This document shows positions 8,509 through 16,425 of a DNA stretch of 28,768 bases, piece after piece. Source of the DNA: Candidatus Krumholzibacteriia bacterium (GTDB taxonomy: Bacteria > Krumholzibacteriota > Krumholzibacteriia > LZORAL124-64-63); NCBI GenBank assembly GCA_029935695.1, contig JAOZJV010000001.1, forward strand, positions 1 to 28,768, read 5' to 3'. A model generated the notes under the pieces. It saw only the letters and a list, made by a program, of their open reading frames with translations. It searched no databases and had not been told where the DNA came from. How positions within the stretch are numbered: position 1 is the stretch's first letter; the number at the start of each line of letters is the position of its first letter. A program made the translations under genes and the position numbers.

Positions 8509-9114
8509 CTAACGAAAAACCAGTAAAGGCTTCAAAACCCTCGATGAAACAACCCCAGGTATAGCTTCAAAATCCGTTGTACCAGGCTTCGTAAAACAAT
8601 CTGAAAGAAGCCCCCAAAAAGTACCATGCAGAACCGCCTCCAATGATGTTGCATTGACCCGTGGCAGCTCTTTCAAGTCGCGAGCCTTCTCAAGGAGTTC
8701 AACATCCTGGTTCCGGTGCAAATCAATTCTATCTTCAATCCAAGGGTCAATTTCTGATAGATTCTCCATGTATGCTTGAAGCGTTCCCCGGTGTTTGCTC
8801 ATATACACCAGGAGAAGCTCCAATTCCCTTAGATAGCTCTGTAAAGGAGAAAGGGCTGGATCGGTACGTGTGAATGCCCTAATACCCTCACGAACATGGA
8901 GGTGATGGCCGACTAAATCATTCAGGATTTGTTGCTTATTTGGATAGTGCTCTGCCAACTGCTCAACAGGAATTCCTGCTCTCTTTGCCATCATGTTCAT
9001 AGTAATTTGTTCATAACCAAATTCTGCAATAAGGCCATTTGCAGCAATCAGGATTATCTGCCGAACATCTTTAATAGAGTCAATATCCTCAGAAAACGGG
9101 TCTTTAACCATCAT
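8509..9114 (-). CDS. TetR/AcrR-family regulator with atypical recognition helix
   Basis: N-terminal IILIAANGLIAEFGYEQITMNMMAKRAGI...YPNKQQIL. Start placed at ATG 9114 after AAAGGA; ATG 9177 is an alternative. Confidence 0.7.
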   Translation of the reverse strand: MMVKDPFSEDIDSIKDVRQIILIAANGLIAEFGYEQITMNMMAKRAGIPVEQLAEHYPNKQQILNDLVGHHLHVREGIRAFTRTDPALSPLQSYLRELELLLVYMSKHRGTLQAYMENLSEIDPWIEDRIDLHRNQDVELLEKARDLKELPRVNATSLEAVLHGTFWGLLSDCFTKPGTTDFEAIPGVVSSRVLKPLLVFR

Positions 9115-9475
9115 TGCCTGATTATCCTTTGTCGAAGTTCTGCCTTGCCATAACCCTGGCCATGGCTTTGTCCTCATAATTCAGGGCTTGACCCTGGCCA
9201 GAAAAGTTGCCTTTTCATGGAGACAAGCACCCAACTGGTAGATGTCACCAGTAAAATCAACAACCGCCAAAGACTCCTTGAGGTGGATGCAATAGCAGGC
9301 AGTTTTGCAATCTGAATTCGAAATCATGACCTACTCCCTTCACATGAAAACCACGAAGCTTCAGAATCTGCCCTCATTAATTGAATCCATATTCACAACA
9401 ATATCAAACTAACCACAATCATGGGCAGTGTCCAGCTTAATCAATTACAAATTAATGCATTTACAAAATAAACAC

Positions 9476-9503
9476 TTGAAACCTGAGCTAATTTTCATAT
9501 TTT
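9476..9503 (+). promoter_or_regulatory. Candidate sigma70 promoter of the tetR-tolC-MFP-RND operon
   Basis: TTGAAA-N16-TATTTT, flanked by the direct repeat ATAAACACTTG at 9468 and 9522. Confidence 0.35.
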
Positions 9504-9548
9504 GAGGCAAGATTCATTTCCATAAACACTTGTGCCTTGGAGAACTTA

Positions 9549-10193
9549 ATGAACGACCAAAACACCCCTTCGATGCGGGAGTTGCGTAAAGAAAGATCCA
9601 TGGAAGCTGACCGTGTGGATATCCTTGATACTGCCTCCAGGCTGTTCGCATCAAAAGGCATTGAGCAGACTTCCATGTCTGACATTGCAGACGAAACAGG
9701 TTTCTCTGTCGGGAAAATCTATAAATTTTTCCCCAGCAAGAAGAGCCTGTTTTTACACATTGTTGGTGCTTTCCTGGAGCATTTGCACAACTCCACTTTG
9801 CAGGTAAATGACCCAGACCTGCCGCCCCTCGACCGACTGAAAAACGTCCTGCGTGCAGCCATTGACGTAGCCAATTCTGACCCGAATCGAGTCCTTATTC
9901 ACTTGCGCGAAAGCCCCTCACTCTTTGCCGAGCTTAAGATTCACTACCAGGACATCTACGTCACCACAAACTATGAGTTGCTTAAGGAAGCCATGCAGGC
10001 TGGTCAGCTGAAACCTCACGACCCAAAACAACTGGCAATTATGTTGGTCGGTGCTGTTGATGCACTCTTTTCACACCTTGCCAACTCTGGCCAGGAGAAC
10101 CCCTTCACCCCCATTCCATCCCTGGTTTTTAACCACATGATTACACCGCTAATGACAGACCCTGCTGCAATGGACGAGGAAAAACAAAAATGA
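9549..10193 (+). CDS. TetR/AcrR-family transcriptional regulator
   Basis: Canonical HTH ILDTASRLFASKGIEQTSMSDIADETGFSVGKIYKFFPSKKSLF. ATG 9549 after TGGAGA. Stop overlaps the tolC-like ATG (ATGA). Confidence 0.9.
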   Translation: MNDQNTPSMRELRKERSMEADRVDILDTASRLFASKGIEQTSMSDIADETGFSVGKIYKFFPSKKSLFLHIVGAFLEHLHNSTLQVNDPDLPPLDRLKNVLRAAIDVANSDPNRVLIHLRESPSLFAELKIHYQDIYVTTNYELLKEAMQAGQLKPHDPKQLAIMLVGAVDALFSHLANSGQENPFTPIPSLVFNHMITPLMTDPAAMDEEKQK

Positions 10194-11623
10194 AAGATCA
10201 ACATACCTTAGCGTGCATATCACCTTCTGCACCGCGGGCATTTACAATCGTATTGGTTCTTCTGGCCATTACGACAAGTAGTGTCGGAGCGGCCCAGGAA
10301 CCTGATATCGATTTCAACCATTTCACCCTGGACCAGGCTGTTAAACTGGCCCTTGGCCAAAGTGAATTCCTTCAGCAGGTCCAGGCAGAAATTGAAGGGT
10401 CGAAGGGGTCATTACTTGCCACAAAAAGCGGCCAGTTGCCTCATTTGGACTTGACCGGCCAGTATGCCAGAAACCTTAAAAAACCAGCATTCTTCCTGCC
10501 TCCTGACATGGGTGATGCCTTTGGTGTTTCCGGCCCCATCCCCATGGGCAGTGACAACGATGTCATGGCTGCAGCCACTATCAGTTACAACCTTTGGACT
10601 GCAGGCCGCTTATCGGCAGCAGAGGGTGTGGCTTCTGAAATACTGGCAGCAACACAATACAAGGAGAAAGCGGTAGCGGACGGAGTTTTGTTCAGTGCCG
10701 TCATAGCCTACCACGATGTATTGCTGGCCGAAGAAAATCTTAAAACAGCCCAAAAGTCACTCGCTGCAGCAGAAGAATCACAAAGAATTGCCAAGGCCGG
10801 TTTTGAACAGGGTACTTTAAGCAATTTCGACCATCTTCGTGCCCAGGTGGAAGTTGCAAACCGCCAGGCTCCCCTCATCGCGGCTCATAATAATCTGGCC
10901 CAAACCATCCTGGTTCTTCAACGGCGTTGTGGCTTACCAGCAGACTCCATTGTTGTATTGGCTGATAGTTTGGGAGGGGTTTCCATTCCTGCAGATCAAG
11001 ACTCGCTTGTTGAACAAATGCTCCACAGCAGTGCTGAAATTCAAGTCCTTAACCACACTGTTGCCGCAGCCAAACAAGGTGTATTGCTCCGCGAAGCAGG
11101 AAGCAAACCCATGCTCTTACTCAGTGGCAACTACGCTCTTCAGAGCCAGTGGGACACCGGTTTGTACCCCAATGAAGACGAGATGGCAGCCAGCTCCAAA
11201 GTGGCCCTCGGTTTGGCCTTCCCTATCTTCGATGGGAAAAGGACATCTGGATTGGTTTCCCGCGCTTCTGCCGACCTGCGCAAGGCCGAGCTGGAGCTTG
11301 AAAGAGTCACCCGGGAAAAAGAACTTTCAGTTCGTCAGGCATGGTTGGGTTTAGCCAACTCCCTGGCTGCCCTGGAAGGCCGTACTGAAGCAGTATCCCT
11401 TGCCGAGGAAGCTTTTCGCCTTGCGGTGGTTCGGGTAACCAACGGCCTGGCCACACCTCTGGAACGGTTGGACGCTGAAGTGGCTATGACTTCTGCCCGA
11501 GTCCAGAAATCTGCCGTTGAATACGCTTGCAATATTGCTGAGGCCCGTCTGGCACTTGCCATTGGAAATGCCTCCACAGCTTACCTTGAAACAACTAATT
11601 CACAGGAGATAGATAATGAATAG
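10190..11623 (+). CDS. TolC-family outer-membrane efflux protein
   Basis: Signal peptide, TLDQAVKLAL, two OEP helical repeats (GFEQGTLSNFDHLRAQVE; GLATPLERLDAE). Confidence 0.9.
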   Translation: MKDQHTLACISPSAPRAFTIVLVLLAITTSSVGAAQEPDIDFNHFTLDQAVKLALGQSEFLQQVQAEIEGSKGSLLATKSGQLPHLDLTGQYARNLKKPAFFLPPDMGDAFGVSGPIPMGSDNDVMAAATISYNLWTAGRLSAAEGVASEILAATQYKEKAVADGVLFSAVIAYHDVLLAEENLKTAQKSLAAAEESQRIAKAGFEQGTLSNFDHLRAQVEVANRQAPLIAAHNNLAQTILVLQRRCGLPADSIVVLADSLGGVSIPADQDSLVEQMLHSSAEIQVLNHTVAAAKQGVLLREAGSKPMLLLSGNYALQSQWDTGLYPNEDEMAASSKVALGLAFPIFDGKRTSGLVSRASADLRKAELELERVTREKELSVRQAWLGLANSLAALEGRTEAVSLAEEAFRLAVVRVTNGLATPLERLDAEVAMTSARVQKSAVEYACNIAEARLALAIGNASTAYLETTNSQEIDNE

Positions 11624-12722
11624 TCAGGCACGCGGCCCAGCCCGCATCATTGGCACCGTAGTCTTTGTCATTGTTCTGGTAGCTCTGTTCGCCTGGCGTT
11701 TCCAGGTGCTGGGAGTTACCCACTCAGTGGCCAGCATTCGCTCTATTCACGAAGAAGAAGGCAAACCCATCGAAGTGGTTTCAGTAAGGCGGGACAACCT
11801 TACAAACCATGCCATCCTGGCTGGAACGGTGGAAGGAATCGAACAATACTCCCTGGTATCGAACAACCGTTTGCGAGTAGACAAAGTCGTCCACTCAGCA
11901 GGCGACATGGTTGAAGCAGGCGATCCAATCATTCTTTTGGAAAAGACCGCCTCCAGCCCCATGCAGCACTCCTACAACAAGTATCTCGCACTCTATGAAG
12001 ATGCAGAGCGAGACTCCGAACGGATGGCTGTTCTGTTTGCTGAAGGTGCTGTATCGGCCCAGGCACTGGATAAGGCCAAAATGCAACTCCAGGTTGCCCG
12101 CACGAACCTGAATGATGCCAAGGAAGCAACCGATCTGCACGCCCCCCTTGCAGGCCAGGTGATGAGTGTTCTGGTCAGTGCTGGTGAAACCGTCAAACCC
12201 GGCAACCCACTGGCCTGGGTGGCCAGAACCGATACGGTAAGGGTTGTGTTCCAGGCAGGCAGCCGTCAGGCTCTGTCACTTAATGTTGATCAACCCGCAA
12301 TCTGGCGCAGCCCGGTTGCTGGCGATATCCTTTCCGGTTCCATCGACCGTCTGGATCTCGCCGCAAACCCAAAAACTCACCTCCTTGAAGGTGATGCCCT
12401 CTTCCACAACCTCAATGGTCTGCTGCTTCCAGGTATCCTGGTATCCATCGAAGTTGAAACCGGAAACCGCCAGAATGTCTTGACCATTCCCGTGGGTGCG
12501 ATGGAGAAAACGGCCAACGGTTACGCCGTATATGTCCTCGTTGAAGATGGATCGGGCGGTAAAGTTGTTCGCTTCCAGGAAATCCAAATCGGAATGCAGA
12601 CATCAGACCTGATCGAAGTTACAGCTGGATTAACCGAAAACGAACAGGTGGTTGTTTTTGGTAAATCAAACCTTAAGGACGGCGATCTGGTTCAAGTCAT
12701 CGACATGCGGGAGGAAGGATAA
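11616..12722 (+). CDS. RND efflux periplasmic adaptor (membrane fusion protein)
   Basis: N-terminal TM, lipoyl half-motifs (GDMVEAGDPI; LHAPLAGQV..V.AGETVKPG), C-terminal IEVTAGLTENEQVVV.G. Confidence 0.92.
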   Translation: MNSQARGPARIIGTVVFVIVLVALFAWRFQVLGVTHSVASIRSIHEEEGKPIEVVSVRRDNLTNHAILAGTVEGIEQYSLVSNNRLRVDKVVHSAGDMVEAGDPIILLEKTASSPMQHSYNKYLALYEDAERDSERMAVLFAEGAVSAQALDKAKMQLQVARTNLNDAKEATDLHAPLAGQVMSVLVSAGETVKPGNPLAWVARTDTVRVVFQAGSRQALSLNVDQPAIWRSPVAGDILSGSIDRLDLAANPKTHLLEGDALFHNLNGLLLPGILVSIEVETGNRQNVLTIPVGAMEKTANGYAVYVLVEDGSGGKVVRFQEIQIGMQTSDLIEVTAGLTENEQVVVFGKSNLKDGDLVQVIDMREEG

Positions 12723-12723
12723 A

Positions 12724-15700
12724 ATGGGCTTGATACGCACTCTTGTTGACAGGCCCGTCCTGTCCACCATGATCGTTCTGGCCCTTGTTGTCATGGGCCT
12801 CAACGGTTATCTGAAACTGAATCTGGAATTGATCCCCCGCGTCGACTATCCGGTCATCGTGGTCACAACTGTATACCCGGGAGCCTCCCCTGCCGAAGTG
12901 GAAAGCCAAATAACCAAACGCATCGAAGATCAGGTGGCCACTCTGGCCAACATTGAAGAGCTAATTTCCGAATCCCGGGAAAGCGTCTCCATTGTTACTG
13001 TTCAATTCTCCCTGGAAATGTCTCAGGACCAGGGTGCCATCGACGTCAAGGATAAGGTGGACGCCATCCGTGGCGACTTACCCGATGCCGCCGAAGACCC
13101 TGTGATTGCCAAGTTTGAACTTGGCGGTGGAGCGGTGGCCCAGATTGCAGTTTCCGCATCACGCCCCATGGCTGAAATTTATCGGGTTGCTGATGAAGTC
13201 ATTAAGGAACGCCTCAGCCGTATTGATGGAGTGGCCGGTGTTGTCATCACAGGCAAGCGCCAGCGTGAAATACGAGTGACGGTCAAACCTGAACGGTTGC
13301 GAGCCTATGGGCTTACTCTGGGCGGCCTGCGTCAGGTTCTGCAAGCTGGAAACCTGACTATCCCCGCAGGTAACATCACCCGTGGTGGCCATGAAGTCAC
13401 TTTGCGGCTTAATGGTGAAATCGAAAAGCCATCTGATTTGGAATCTTTCAGAATTCCGTTGCCAACAGGGGGAACGATAGTCCTTTCAGAGATTGCAGAT
13501 ATCGTTGATACAACCGAAGAATTGCGTGAATTCACGACCCTGAACCGGAAGGAAGTCATCGGCATCAACGTTATGAAGCGTTCTGATGGCAATACGGTCA
13601 AAGTAGTTGATGGCGTGGAAGAAGTGCTTGCAGAGCTGCGGACAGAACTGGGCTCTGATTTCACCATTGAAGTTGTTACTGAGGGCCGTTCCTTTGTTCA
13701 GGCTTCAGTCGATGATGTGATTAAAAACATCGGGATCGGAATCCTCCTTACGGGAATACTACTGTTTATTTTCCTTCATGATTGGCGGCAGACTCTTATT
13801 GCTGCCCTGGCCATGCCAGTGTCCGTTGTGGCAACATTCCTCTTGATGGAAAGCAATGGATTCACCCTGAATGTCATGACTTTGATGGCACTGGGTATAT
13901 CAATTGGTACCCTTGTGACAAACTCCATTGTTGTACTGGAAAGCATCGCCCGACGGATTGCCGATGGCGAGAACCCACATGAAGCTGCAATCATAGGAAC
14001 GCAGGAAGTTGCTGTGGCTGTGTTCGCATCGACCCTGACAAACATCGTTGTATTCACGCCAATCGCCTTCATGTCTGGAATCATTGGCCGCTTCTTTTTC
14101 CAGTTTGGCCTGACTGTTGTGTTTGCGACCCTCTTCTCTCTGGTGGTCAGTTTCTCTCTGGTACCAATGTTGGCAGCAAGGTTGCTTAAACCTGGCAAAG
14201 GCATTGGTTCAGGTAATAGTCTTGGAGCCAAACTGGCCCGTTCATGGGATGGCTTTTACGGAAGCCTGGAAAATGATTACCGCCAGGCATTGACCTATGC
14301 TCTCAAACATCGGTGGCAACCTCTGGTTTTCACCTCCATTCTTCTGGTCGGTTCTTTTTACCTGCTCAGCTGGGTGGGTGGAGAGTTTATCCCCGTAACG
14401 GATCAAAGTAAGTTGTTGGTCAAGGTTGAACTCCCTGAAGGCACAAGCTTACACCGAAGCAGAGAAGTCTCGGCGCGTATTGAGAACATCCTCTGGCAGC
14501 AACCGGAAACTTCTGCCGTTCTATCGCGGGCAGGAGGAGGCCAATTGGGTGTCGAGGATATTGAGATACTTGTCCGTATGATCCCTCCCGTTGAGCGTGA
14601 AATCAGCTTGATGGACTTCATTGCCCGGATCAGACCGACCCTGGCTGTGATACCTGACGCTAAGATCAATGTCATCGCCTCTGGTGAAGGAAAACGGCCT
14701 GAACCGGAGCTTATTTTAGAAGTGCTGGGAGACAATCCGGAAACTCAGGTAGCAGCTGCTGAATCCCTTTTTGGAATAATGAGAGGGATTCCTGGCTTGG
14801 TTGACGTTACATCAAGCCAGGCCACAGGGAAGCCTCAAATTGAGTTTATACCCAGACGACTTCAACTGGCGGCCCATGGACTGACCGCAGCTCAGGTGGG
14901 CTTTGACCTGCGCACCGCTTACGAAGGTGAGAAAGCGGGTGTCTTCCGGCAGGACGGAGAAGAGTTCGACGTGGTTGTGCGTTACCCAGCATCTTCACGT
15001 CAGGACCCTGCAGACTTGTCTGACCTTCCTGTTGCCTCACGCAGCGGGTATATCGTGCCATTGGCTGATGTGATGGAAATGGTAGAGGGTGTGGGCACCC
15101 CCACTCTTTACCGAGCGGACAAGCAACGCAAAATAGAAGTGACCGCCAATATTGGATCAGGCAGCCTCAGTGGAATGAGGAAGATCATTGACAGCGGGTT
15201 GGCGGAGGCTGACATCCCCGATGATGTAACCATTAAATACGGTGGAAACGCAGAACATCAGGATGAGGCCTTTGCTTCTATTATCGGGGCACTTATTCTG
15301 GCCATTATTCTGATCTACATTGTTATGGCTGCCATGTTGGAAAGTTTCATTCACCCCATGACGGTTATGGTGACCTTGCCCCTGGGATTGATTGGACTTG
15401 CTGTGGCGTTGTTCTTCACTGGCCAGACGATTAATATCTTCTCACTGATGGCCATGATCATGTTGATTGGTATTGTGGTGAATAATGCCATCCTGCTGCT
15501 GGATTACACGGGGCAACTGAGGTCCAAGGGGATGTCGTTGACGGAGGCTTTGCTTGAGGCCTGCCCCACTCGTTTGCGGCCCATCATCATGGCTAATCTG
15601 GCCATTGCCATTGGGATGATTCCGCAGGCCATGGGAGGTGCCGGGTCGGAGTTCAGGACACCCATGGCTGTGGTTCAGATTGGTGGTGTGCTTATTTCGG

Positions 15701-15783
15701 CGGTGTTTACTCTGTTTGTTATTCCTATTGTGTACTCGCTTTTTGATGGGATGACTTTTGCTGGGCGGAAGTCTGAAAAGTAA
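12724..15783 (+). CDS. AcrB/AcrD/AcrF-family RND permease lacking the canonical proton-relay residues
   Basis: RPVLSTMI, YPGASPAEVESQIT..IE, PDAAEDPVI, GGEFIP..D, ESFIHP, RLRPIIM motifs. ATG 12724 directly after the MFP stop. Confidence 0.93.
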   Translation: MGLIRTLVDRPVLSTMIVLALVVMGLNGYLKLNLELIPRVDYPVIVVTTVYPGASPAEVESQITKRIEDQVATLANIEELISESRESVSIVTVQFSLEMSQDQGAIDVKDKVDAIRGDLPDAAEDPVIAKFELGGGAVAQIAVSASRPMAEIYRVADEVIKERLSRIDGVAGVVITGKRQREIRVTVKPERLRAYGLTLGGLRQVLQAGNLTIPAGNITRGGHEVTLRLNGEIEKPSDLESFRIPLPTGGTIVLSEIADIVDTTEELREFTTLNRKEVIGINVMKRSDGNTVKVVDGVEEVLAELRTELGSDFTIEVVTEGRSFVQASVDDVIKNIGIGILLTGILLFIFLHDWRQTLIAALAMPVSVVATFLLMESNGFTLNVMTLMALGISIGTLVTNSIVVLESIARRIADGENPHEAAIIGTQEVAVAVFASTLTNIVVFTPIAFMSGIIGRFFFQFGLTVVFATLFSLVVSFSLVPMLAARLLKPGKGIGSGNSLGAKLARSWDGFYGSLENDYRQALTYALKHRWQPLVFTSILLVGSFYLLSWVGGEFIPVTDQSKLLVKVELPEGTSLHRSREVSARIENILWQQPETSAVLSRAGGGQLGVEDIEILVRMIPPVEREISLMDFIARIRPTLAVIPDAKINVIASGEGKRPEPELILEVLGDNPETQVAAAESLFGIMRGIPGLVDVTSSQATGKPQIEFIPRRLQLAAHGLTAAQVGFDLRTAYEGEKAGVFRQDGEEFDVVVRYPASSRQDPADLSDLPVASRSGYIVPLADVMEMVEGVGTPTLYRADKQRKIEVTANIGSGSLSGMRKIIDSGLAEADIPDDVTIKYGGNAEHQDEAFASIIGALILAIILIYIVMAAMLESFIHPMTVMVTLPLGLIGLAVALFFTGQTINIFSLMAMIMLIGIVVNNAILLLDYTGQLRSKGMSLTEALLEACPTRLRPIIMANLAIAIGMIPQAMGGAGSEFRTPMAVVQIGGVLISAVFTLFVIPIVYSLFDGMTFAGRKSEK

Positions 15784-15900
15784 TAACGGTGTTTTGATGG
15801 AGATTGCTGGCGGCGATTGAAAACCATTGAGGAATTCAGTTGTCGTCAGCAGCCCTTCCCAGCTGGTCAAATGAATTCAACCAGGACAAACAGGTGCAAT

Positions 15901-16374
15901 ATGATTTTAAAACCAATAGGCACAATCCACAGTCCTTTCACCAACCTGAAAGGCATGCCCATCCAGCCCACTGGCGCTTCCGGCGTCAAAGGAACTGTCG
16001 AGGTCTTTGAAGAATATGCCGACGGCCTGCTGGACCTTGATGGCTTTTCCCACATCATCCTTTTGTATCAGTTTCATCGCAGTGACGGGTTCAAACTGAG
16101 AGTGGTCCCCTTCATGGATACCGTGCAGCGGGGCATCTTTGCCACCCGCGCTCCCAAAAGGCCCAACGCCATTGGCTTGTCCATCGTTCAGCTGGAAAAA
16201 ATTGAAGGCAGGATTCTTCACATTGAAGGTGTGGATATTCTTGATGGTACACCGGTTGTTGATATCAAACCCTACGTGCCGGACTTTGATTATCCGGAAA
16301 ATGTTCGTGCGGGCTGGCTGGACAGTTCACCTAAAACAGTGACTGAAAAGCGATCGGATGATCGGTTTATTTAG
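15901..16374 (+). CDS. trmO: TrmO/TsaA(YaeB)-like SAM-binding tRNA t6A37 N6-methyltransferase, single-domain form
   Basis: LKPIGTIHSPF, GLLDLDGFSHIILLY.FH, GIFATRAP.RPNAIGLS.V, GVDILDGTPVVDIKPY. Start uncertain (15871 or 15901). Confidence 0.8.
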   Translation: MILKPIGTIHSPFTNLKGMPIQPTGASGVKGTVEVFEEYADGLLDLDGFSHIILLYQFHRSDGFKLRVVPFMDTVQRGIFATRAPKRPNAIGLSIVQLEKIEGRILHIEGVDILDGTPVVDIKPYVPDFDYPENVRAGWLDSSPKTVTEKRSDDRFI

Positions 16375-16379
16375 ATTAA

Positions 16380-16407
16380 GGCCGCCAACCCTCCCAGGTT
16401 GGCGGCC
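16380..16407. terminator. Hairpin between convergent trmO-like and 1003-aa genes
   Basis: Perfect 11-bp stem GGCCGCCAACC-CTCCCA-GGTTGGCGGCC; no strong U tract. Confidence 0.6.
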
Positions 16408-16425
16408 AACAAAGACCTCAAAACA

